Source: Fidelibacterota bacterium (lineage in GTDB: Bacteria; Pseudomonadota; Alphaproteobacteria; Rhodospirillales; Rhodospirillaceae). From it: a stretch of DNA of 64,000 nucleotides. Within the stretch, counting starts at the first letter, position 1. Each line of letters opens with the position of its first letter. The DNA lies in the NCBI GenBank assembly GCA_947476065.1, contig CANJPG010000006.1, positions 6,507 to 70,506 of the forward strand, read 5' to 3'. Made by a program: the position numbers and the translations under genes. This document shows, in pieces, positions 1 to 7,209 of the stretch. Under the pieces are notes generated by a model. That model did not search any database, was not told the DNA's origin, and saw only the letters and a list, made by a program, of their open reading frames with translations.

Positions 1-2664
1 CTTACGGATCTCGGTGGTCGATTCCACCTGCTCGGGCGCGATGGGCTTGGCCGCCTTACGGAAATCCAGCAGGTCGCGCAGATGGATCGGCGGCAGCTTG
101 CGCACGCCTTCGGAATATTTGACGTAGGTGACGTAAGCATCCTTCTCTACGGCGTTCTGCAGGATGTGGATCAAGCGGCCGTCGTGGCCGTGGGCTTCGC
201 CGGACTTCGCGCGATAGCGGTAGAAGCCGCCGACCGGCAGCGTCACCACACCGGCGCGATAGGCCTTTTGGTGCTGCTCGATGACTTTCTTCTGGATGCC
301 CGCGAGGCCAAGACCCGAAATACGCGACGACATACCCGGGAAAAACTCGGCAGCCAGCGCACGCGACAAACCAACGGCTTCAAAATTGTAGCCGCCACGA
401 TAGGAACTGATCACCGAGATGCCCATCTTGGACATCACTTTCAATAGGCCGTCGCCGATGGCCTTCTGATAGCGCTTGGCGCAGTCTTCAAGGCTCACGT
501 CACCGAACAGGCCGCGACGATGGCGGTCGGCGATGGCCTCTTCCGCCAGATACGCGTTAACCGTGGTAGCACCCACGCCGATCAGCACGGCGAAGTAATG
601 CACGTCCAGGCATTCCCCAGAACGAATATTGACCGAGGTGAAGGTGCGCAGTTTCTGACGGATCAGGTGCGTATGCACGGCGCCCGCCGCCAAGATCATG
701 GGGATCGCTGCCCGGGCTGGCGTGACGCCATCGTCGGTGAGCACGATGTGGCGTTTTCCGGCGCGCACTGCTTCCTCGGCTTCCGCCTGGATGCGCGCGA
801 TGGCGGCGCGCAGCGCGTTCTCGCCGCCGTCCACGTCGAAGGTGCAGTCAATATCGCCTGCCGTGTCGCCCATATATTTGCGCATGGCGTTGAACTGCGA
901 GGTCGTCAGCATCGGCGACGACAGCTGCAGCAATTCAAGCTGCGCCGGGGCCTCGTCGAGAATGTTGCCCAGGTTGCCGAGGCGCGTGTTCAGCGTCATC
1001 ACCCGCGTTTCGCGCAAGCTGTCGATAGGCGGATTCGTGACCTGGCTGAAGTTCTGGCGGAAGAAATGATGCAGGCCGCGATAATTGTCGCTCAGCACCG
1101 CCAACGGCGCGTCATCACCCATGGAGCCGATGGCTTCTTTTCCGTCCTGCGCCATCGGATGCAGAATCAGCTCAAGGTCTTCCAGCGTCATGCCGTAGTT
1201 GGCCTGACGGCGCAGCAGCTCTTCTTTGCTGAGCGCAGGTTTGGCTGCTTTGTTCGACTTGGTCAGCGAGTCGAGATGCGTGGTGTTCTCGATCCACTGG
1301 CCGAAGGGCCGCTTGGCCGCGAGATTGTCCTTCAGCTCGCGGTCGTGGAAGAACTTGCCTTCCTTCAGGTCGACGCCAATCATCTCGCCGGGGCCGACAC
1401 GGCCCTTCTCAACGACGTTCGCATGGTTGACGCGCACCATGCCCGTCTCGGAACCCACGATCAGCAGGCCGTCGTTGGTCAGGGTGTAGCGCATGGGACG
1501 CAAGCCATTGCGGTCCATGTAGCCGATGACCCAGCGGCCGTCGGTCGCACACATGGCTCCCGGGCCGTCCCACGGTTCCATGACGGCGTTGCAATAGCCG
1601 AAAAGGTCGCGATGGGACTGCGGCATCACGGCGTTCTGACTGATGCTCTCGGGCACGAGCAGGCAGCGCGCCATCGGCGCGGTGCGCCCGGCGCGGCACA
1701 TCAGCTCGAAGACGTTGTCGAGGATCGCCGAATCCGAGCCGTGGGGCTGGGTGATCGGCTTCAGCTCTTCAATCGTGTCGCCGAACACCGGATGGGCGAG
1801 GCGGCACTCGTGGGCTTTCATCCAGTTGATGTTGCCCAGCAGCGTGTTGATTTCGCCGTTGTGGGCCAGCATGCGGAAGGGCTGCGCCAGATGCCACGTC
1901 GGGAAGGTGTTGGTCGAGTAGCGCTGGTGATAGATCGCGAACGACGACACAAAGCGCTCGTCCAGCAGGTCCGGATAGAACGCGGTCAGCTGCTCCGCCA
2001 GGAACATGCCCTTGTAGATGATCGAGCGACACGACAGCGAACAGATGTAGAAGTCGCGGATATGCTCTTCCTGCACGCGCTTTTCGATGCGGCGGCGCAC
2101 GAGGTACAGATTGCGCTCCAGGTCGTCACCGGCCAGGCCGCGGCGGTTGGCGATCATGATCTGTTCGATCTCGGGGCGCGTGGCATTGGCCTTCTCGCCG
2201 ATGATCGAGATGTCCACCGGCACCTGGCGCCAGCCATAAATGTAGTAGCCGGCGGCGAGGATCTCGCTCTCGACGATGGTGCGGCAGGTTTCCTGGGCCC
2301 CCAGGTCGGACTTGGGCAGGAACACCATGCCCGCGCACAGGGTGTCGTGCTCCGGCACCACATGGCCGGTGCGCATGACATGTTCGCGGAAAAAGTCCTG
2401 GGGGATTTCCAGGTGAATGCCGGCGCCGTCGCCGGTCTTGCCATCGGCATCCACCGCGCCGCGATGATAGAGCACGCTTAAGGCTTCGATGCCGGCGATC
2501 ACCACTTCGCGCCGCGGCTTGCCGTCCACGGCAACCACCATGCCGACGCCGCAGGCATCGTGTTCCTGCGACGGATCGTAAGCGTGTCCGGCGGTCAGCT
2601 TTTCGACGTTCGCGCGGTAGCCCGCAACAAAGGCTTCGCCGCTTTCGTATTTGATCTCGTTCAT
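1..2664 (-). CDS. gltB: glutamate synthase large subunit, N-terminal part (3' end lies beyond the window edge)
   Basis: The minus-strand frame is open from position 1 to the ATG at 2664. It is absent from the ORF track because it is truncated. Hand translation starts MNEIKYESGEAFVAGYRANVEKL..HDACGVGMVVAVDG (Ntn-amidotransferase Cys) and contains RMLAHNGEINTLLGN. GAGG lies 6 nt upstream. The gene begins 8 nt after the gltD stop. Confidence 0.93.
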   Translation of the reverse strand, partial: MNEIKYESGEAFVAGYRANVEKLTAGHAYDPSQEHDACGVGMVVAVDGKPRREVVIAGIEALSVLYHRGAVDADGKTGDGAGIHLEIPQDFFREHVMRTGHVVPEHDTLCAGMVFLPKSDLGAQETCRTIVESEILAAGYYIYGWRQVPVDISIIGEKANATRPEIEQIMIANRRGLAGDDLERNLYLVRRRIEKRVQEEHIRDFYICSLSCRSIIYKGMFLAEQLTAFYPDLLDERFVSSFAIYHQRYSTNTFPTWHLAQPFRMLAHNGEINTLLGNINWMKAHECRLAHPVFGDTIEELKPITQPHGSDSAILDNVFELMCRAGRTAPMARCLLVPESISQNAVMPQSHRDLFGYCNAVMEPWDGPGAMCATDGRWVIGYMDRNGLRPMRYTLTNDGLLIVGSETGMVRVNHANVVEKGRVGPGEMIGVDLKEGKFFHDRELKDNLAAKRPFGQWIENTTHLDSLTKSNKAAKPALSKEELLRRQANYGMTLEDLELILHPMAQDGKEAIGSMGDDAPLAVLSDNYRGLHHFFRQNFSQVTNPPIDSLRETRVMTLNTRLGNLGNILDEAPAQLELLQLSSPMLTTSQFNAMRKYMGDTAGDIDCTFDVDGGENALRAAIARIQAEAEEAVRAGKRHIVLTDDGVTPARAAIPMILAAGAVHTHLIRQKLRTFTSVNIRSGECLDVHYFAVLIGVGATTVNAYLAEEAIADRHRRGLFGDVSLEDCAKRYQKAIGDGLLKVMSKMGISVISSYRGGYNFEAVGLSRALAAEFFPGMSSRISGLGLAGIQKKVIEQHQKAYRAGVVTLPVGGFYRYRAKSGEAHGHDGRLIHILQNAVEKDAYVTYVKYSEGVRKLPPIHLRDLLDFRKAAKPIAPEQVESTTEIRK

Positions 2665-2672
2665 GTCGGGCC

Positions 2673-4142
2673 TCAAGAGGCTTTGCGCAAGCCGGCGGAT
2701 GCCGCGGCTTGAGCTTGAATATAAGTGTGGATGTTTGCCGCCACGTCGCGGCCATCGCGGATTGCCCACACCACCAACGAAGCCCCGCGCACGATGTCGC
2801 CCGCGCCGAAGACACCTTCCATGGTCGTCATCAGCGTGTGGAAGTCGGTCTTCAGCGTGCCCCAGCGCGTGACACCGAGCGCGGGTTCATTGAACATCAC
2901 CGGCAGATCTTCCGGATCGAAGCCCAGGGCTTCGATCACCAGATCGGCGGGGATGACGAACTGCGAACCCTCGATCTCTTCCGGCGAGGCGCGGCCCGAG
3001 GCATCGGGCGTACCCAGGCGCATGCGCCGCGCGCGCACCCCGGTCGCCTTGTTGTCGGCGTCGTGCAGTACTGCTTCCGGCGCCGACAGCCACAGGAAAT
3101 CGACGCCCTCTTCGACGGCATTGGTCACTTCACGCTGGGAGCCCGGCATGTTCTCGCGGTCGCGGCGGTAGAGGCACTTCACCGACTTGGCGCCCTGGCG
3201 AATGGCGGTGCGCACGCAGTCCATGGCGGTATCGCCGCCGCCGATGACGACGACATTTTTCCCCGCCGCATTCAGCGCGCCGTTATCGAAAGCCGCCACC
3301 TTATCGCCGAGATCTTTGCGGTTCGAGGCGGTGAGGTAGGTCATGGCCGGAAATACACCGTCGGCGCCCACCCCGGGGCAGCTCATGGCGCGCGCCTTAT
3401 AGACGCCGGTCGCGACTAGCACGGCGTCGTGTTTCGCACGCAGCGCCGCAAAGCTCATGTCGGTGCCGACGTTGACGTTACGGTGAATGGTAATCTTGGA
3501 GTCTTCCAGCAGCTTGACGCGGCGCTGCACGACTTCTTTCTCCAACTTGAAATTGGGAATGCCATAAATCATCAGGCCGCCGGCGCGGTCGTAGCGGTCG
3601 TAGATGTGTACCTGATAGCCGAGCTTGCGCAGCTCTTCCGCCGCCGCCATGCCGCCGGGGCCGGCGCCGATAATGCCGATGGACTCTTTACGCTCTTGGT
3701 CGGGCACAACCGGTTTGACCCAGCCCTTTTCCCAGGCGGTGTCGGTGATGTACTTCTCGACGGCGCCGATGGTCACCGTGCCGTGCTTGGACTGCTCAAG
3801 CACGCAACTGCCTTCGCACAGACGGTCTTGGGGACAGATGCGGCCGCAGACTTCGGGCATATTGTTGGTGGCCGAGGAGACCGCATAAGCCTCTTCCAGC
3901 CGGCCTTCGGCGACCAACTTCAGCCAGTCGGGAATGTTGTTCTGCACTGGGCAGTGCACCTGGCAGAAGGGAATGCCGCACTGCTCGCAGCGCGAGGCCT
4001 GGTCGCCGGCATCGGCCTCGGGCCAGGCCTCATAAATCTCATCGAAGTCCTTGCGGCGCGCTTCTGCATCACGTTTGGCGGGCGCGGCCTGAGCAAGACT
4101 GAGAAACTGCAGCATGCTGCGGTGGGGGCCTTTGGTCGTCAT
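2673..4142 (-). CDS. gltD: glutamate synthase small subunit (NADPH)
   Basis: 489-aa ORF with Cys clusters CEQCGIPFCQVHCPV and CGRICPQDRLCEGSC. Two dinucleotide-binding motifs are present (IIGAGPGGMAAA, VVIGGGDTAMD). It sits immediately upstream of gltB on the same strand. Confidence 0.95.
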   Translation of the reverse strand: MTTKGPHRSMLQFLSLAQAAPAKRDAEARRKDFDEIYEAWPEADAGDQASRCEQCGIPFCQVHCPVQNNIPDWLKLVAEGRLEEAYAVSSATNNMPEVCGRICPQDRLCEGSCVLEQSKHGTVTIGAVEKYITDTAWEKGWVKPVVPDQERKESIGIIGAGPGGMAAAEELRKLGYQVHIYDRYDRAGGLMIYGIPNFKLEKEVVQRRVKLLEDSKITIHRNVNVGTDMSFAALRAKHDAVLVATGVYKARAMSCPGVGADGVFPAMTYLTASNRKDLGDKVAAFDNGALNAAGKNVVVIGGGDTAMDCVRTAIRQGAKSVKCLYRRDRENMPGSQREVTNAVEEGVDFLWLSAPEAVLHDADNKATGVRARRMRLGTPDASGRASPEEIEGSQFVIPADLVIEALGFDPEDLPVMFNEPALGVTRWGTLKTDFHTLMTTMEGVFGAGDIVRGASLVVWAIRDGRDVAANIHTYIQAQAAASAGLRKAS

Positions 4143-4242
4143 TGCAAGGTCTCCTCAAGGTCCTGTCGGCAGGGTAGTGGCTGGCGCGCGGCCAGAACAT
4201 ACTGACGCAGCCCTTATGAAACCAGCAAAAACCGTAGAATAT

Positions 4243-4257
4243 GTCAATATAATTGAC
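4243..4257. promoter_or_regulatory. perfect inverted repeat GTCAAT-ATA-ATTGAC in the AT-rich gltD/uppP divergent intergenic region; candidate operator
   Basis: Read directly from the sequence. It lies about 100 bp upstream of the gltD start. The regulatory role is inferred only. Confidence 0.35.
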
Positions 4258-4325
4258 TTATTTATGGCGCAATTTCTCGACCTCCTAGATATCGGCAACT
4301 TCGAGAGTCATCATCGATAAAAATG

Positions 4326-4341
4326 GTAATCATATGATTAC
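4326..4341. promoter_or_regulatory. perfect 16-bp palindrome GTAATCATATGATTAC flanked by direct AAATGGTA repeats; candidate operator
   Basis: Read directly from the sequence. AAATGGTA occurs at 4321-4328 and 4343-4350. The site lies between the gltD and uppP starts. The function is inferred. Confidence 0.35.
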
Positions 4342-4421
4342 TAAATGGTAGCGTTTTGCCGCTTTGGCCATACAGGCCATGGTGTTATAAATTCGCGGGG
4401 TACAAGGGATAGGCGAAGACT

Positions 4422-5231
4422 GTGGCGCTCACGCAATTAATTGTGCTTGCGGTGTTACAAAGCTTGGCCGATGTCTTCCCTATCGGCGCGGACGGCCATA
4501 CGGCGCTCGTGTACGTTCTCCTGCATTGGGCCACGCCCGACAGTGCGCTCCGGCTGGCCTTGCGAATCGGGCTCCTACTGGGAGTCATGGCCTACTTCTG
4601 GCGTGACTTGGCCGACATGGTCGTGGGCGTCATTCGCGCCGCCAAGGGCAAGCGCAATGCCGACGCCGGCCTCGCCCTGCAAATCGCCGTTGCCGCCATT
4701 CCGACCTTGGGCCTGGGTTTTGCCTTCGAATACTACCTAGCCGGCGATTGGCAGACGCTACACGTCGCCGCCTGGGCGATTGTCGGCGGCGCGCTCCTGC
4801 TGCTGTTCTGCGACCGCATGAGCATGACGGTCAAACGCGTCGAACACGCGACCTACGCCGACAGCATCGTCGTGGGGCTGGGCCAGGTCATCGCCCTGGT
4901 GCCCGGCATCGGCAGCGCGGCCATGAGCATCACCCTGGCCCGGCTTCTGGGCTTTGAACGCGGGCACGCGGTGCGCCTCAGCGCGCTCCTTAGCATCCCG
5001 GTATCCGCCGCCGTCATCGCGCGGGATGCCTATACGCTGGTCACCGTCGACCGCGCCGGCATCAGCAACCTCAATATCCTCTGTGGTGTGGCCGCCTTTT
5101 TCGCCGCTCTCATCGGCCTTGCCATTCTGATGGGCTGGCTGCGGCGTGCGACCTTCGCGCCCTTCGTGGTCGTCCGGCTGGTCCTGGGCCTCGCGGTGCT
5201 GGCCCTGGCCTATGAGTGGGTCACGGTTTAA
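4422..5231 (+). CDS. uppP: undecaprenyl-diphosphate phosphatase (BacA/UppP family)
   Basis: 269-aa polytopic membrane ORF with a GTG start. The N-terminus LAVLQSLADVFPIGADGHTALV and overall layout are typical of UppP. Confidence 0.85.
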   Translation: MALTQLIVLAVLQSLADVFPIGADGHTALVYVLLHWATPDSALRLALRIGLLLGVMAYFWRDLADMVVGVIRAAKGKRNADAGLALQIAVAAIPTLGLGFAFEYYLAGDWQTLHVAAWAIVGGALLLLFCDRMSMTVKRVEHATYADSIVVGLGQVIALVPGIGSAAMSITLARLLGFERGHAVRLSALLSIPVSAAVIARDAYTLVTVDRAGISNLNILCGVAAFFAALIGLAILMGWLRRATFAPFVVVRLVLGLAVLALAYEWVTV

Positions 5232-5319
5232 ACGGAAGCCGGCGTAACAAAGAGGACGTTGCGCTCGTTCTCGAATTGCTTCTATCTGGGCTCTCCCGCC
5301 AACACGGACTTCCAACACA

Positions 5320-5898
5320 GTGCTGAGAAAACTCTACGACTGGACCATGAGCTTGGCCGCGCGGCCCAATGCTTTGGGCGCGCTAGCGGTGGTGTCCTTC
5401 GCCGAAAGCTCGTTCTTTCCCATCCCGCCCGACGTGATGCTGCTGCCGATGATATTGGCGCGCCGCGACCGCGCTTGGTTGATCGCCGGCGTCTGCACTG
5501 TGTCCTCGGTGGTGGGGGCTCTGGTGGGCTACGCCATCGGCGCGCTTCTTTACGACAGCGTCGGCGTTTGGGTGATCGAGCTTTATGGCCTGCAAGCGAA
5601 AGCCGATGAGTTTCACGCCTTTTTCGAGCGCTACGGCTTGATGGTGATTCTGGCCAAGGGCCTGACGCCGATTCCCTTCAAGATCGTCACCATCACCAGT
5701 GGCGCCATGCACTTCAACCTGCCGCTATTCGTCGGCGCTTGCATCGTGACGCGCGGTGCGCGCTTTTTCCTGGTGGCGGCGTTGCTGAAGTTCTTCGGCG
5801 AGCCCATCAGAAACTTCGTCGAAAAGCGCCTGACGCTGGTCTTTACGCTGTTTCTCGTCGCGCTGATCGGCGGATTTGTCGCGCTCAGATATCTCTAG
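5320..5898 (+). CDS. YqaA/DedA-family membrane protein
   Basis: 192-aa ORF. It has the SFAESSFFPIPPDVMLLPM motif and the multi-TM layout characteristic of the DedA/SNARE-associated family. Confidence 0.75.
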   Translation: MLRKLYDWTMSLAARPNALGALAVVSFAESSFFPIPPDVMLLPMILARRDRAWLIAGVCTVSSVVGALVGYAIGALLYDSVGVWVIELYGLQAKADEFHAFFERYGLMVILAKGLTPIPFKIVTITSGAMHFNLPLFVGACIVTRGARFFLVAALLKFFGEPIRNFVEKRLTLVFTLFLVALIGGFVALRYL

Positions 5899-6875
5899 CG
5901 CGCCTGTAAGCGCAGCTTCTTAGTCTGTTGCAACGGACGGAAGCGCTTCAAGTACGTCGGCACAACGACTTCCAGCGTGGTCGGCGTAATGCCGAAAACC
6001 GCCAGGCCCGGCCGGCGGCCCGTGGCCACGTTATCGATCTTCAGCAGGCGCACCTGATCGGGCGTCAACAGCGGCTTGGGCAAGAACTGCAGGAACACAG
6101 CCGCGACTTGGGCCACCGGAAAGGGCAGGCCGACCACCGCGCGCTGACGCTGGGTCTCGTGATTGACGATGTGCATGATGGCGCGCATGTCATAGACGCG
6201 CGGGCCCGCCAGTTCGTATATCTTGCCGGCATGGCCTTCGCCGGTCAGCGCCTGGGCAATGGCTTCCACCACGTCGCCGACATAAACCGGCTGGAACTTC
6301 GGGCCGCCGCCCGCGGGCAGATGTGGGTTGGCATGGGTGAAGAACGGGATGAACGGGAAAATCTGCGCCATCCAGCCGAACAGGTTGAAAAACCCGTCCT
6401 CGGTGCCGAACACCACGCTGGGGCGGAAAATCGTCGCCGTGGGGTAGGCGCCGCGCACGGCCATCTCGCCGGCATCCTTGCTGCGCGCATAGGCCGACGG
6501 CGAATTGGGATCGGCGCCCAGGGCCGACATATGAATCAAGCGCTTCACGCCGGTAGCGGCGCAGGCCTTGGCGATATTGGCCGCACCATCCACATGCATG
6601 GTCTGGAACCGGCGTTTGCCGCGTTCATACAGAATTCCGACCAGGTTGATGACCGCATCGGCGCCGTGGACCGCAGCCGCCACGCTGGCGGTATCGGTGA
6701 TCGAGGCCGGAAACATGGCGATCTGGCCCAGGTTGCCGGCGGGCTTCAGGAAGTTGGCCCTTTCCACGTCGCGGACCGCCACGCGCACCCGCCAGCCGCG
6801 TGAGGCCAGATGCCGCACCAGATAGCGGCCGATGAAGCCCGAGCCGCCGAAGATCGTGACCAATTTGCCAGTCAT
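5895..6875 (-). CDS. NAD(P)-binding extended SDR, complex I NDUFA9-like family protein
   Basis: 326-aa ORF with the N-terminal Rossmann motif VTIFGGSGFIGRYLV. Length and sequence resemble alphaproteobacterial NDUFA9 homologues. Confidence 0.75.
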   Translation of the reverse strand: MTGKLVTIFGGSGFIGRYLVRHLASRGWRVRVAVRDVERANFLKPAGNLGQIAMFPASITDTASVAAAVHGADAVINLVGILYERGKRRFQTMHVDGAANIAKACAATGVKRLIHMSALGADPNSPSAYARSKDAGEMAVRGAYPTATIFRPSVVFGTEDGFFNLFGWMAQIFPFIPFFTHANPHLPAGGGPKFQPVYVGDVVEAIAQALTGEGHAGKIYELAGPRVYDMRAIMHIVNHETQRQRAVVGLPFPVAQVAAVFLQFLPKPLLTPDQVRLLKIDNVATGRRPGLAVFGITPTTLEVVVPTYLKRFRPLQQTKKLRLQAR

Positions 6876-7007
6876 GCTGCTTGCCTATTCAAGGGTGCTG
6901 AAGCCCGAGTGTAACCCGCCTTCAGTCGCACGGAAAAGGCCGCGCTGGCAACATGTTGGCCGACCCCGAAGGCCCGCTTTTCTCTTGTCCTATCGTCCCG
7001 GCTTGCA

Positions 7008-7036
7008 TTGACATCCCCACCCGGGCCCTGTATCCG
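7008..7036 (+). promoter_or_regulatory. sigma70-like promoter candidate for tRNA-Leu (TTGACA-N17-TATCCG)
   Basis: A consensus -35 hexamer lies at 7008-7013. A 17-nt spacer follows, then a weak -10 at 7031-7036, 47 nt upstream of the tRNA 5' end. This is a hexamer match only. Confidence 0.3.
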
Positions 7037-7082
7037 TCTCGCCCTGTTCATAGGCGGACCCTTGCTGGCCCGCCTCTTGAGC

Positions 7083-7169
<87 letters not shown>

Positions 7170-7209
7170 CGCTTCGTTTTTGTTGACGCGCGTAGCGGGC
7201 TTACAAAAA

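Noticed and set aside
82-2481. Long plus-strand ORFs (for example 520..2481, 653 aa; 82..447; 698..1069) overlapping gltB
   Set aside because: They are antisense to a clearly conserved gltB reading frame. Their translations are Arg/Ala/Gly/His-rich low-complexity strings typical of off-frame ORFs in high-GC DNA.
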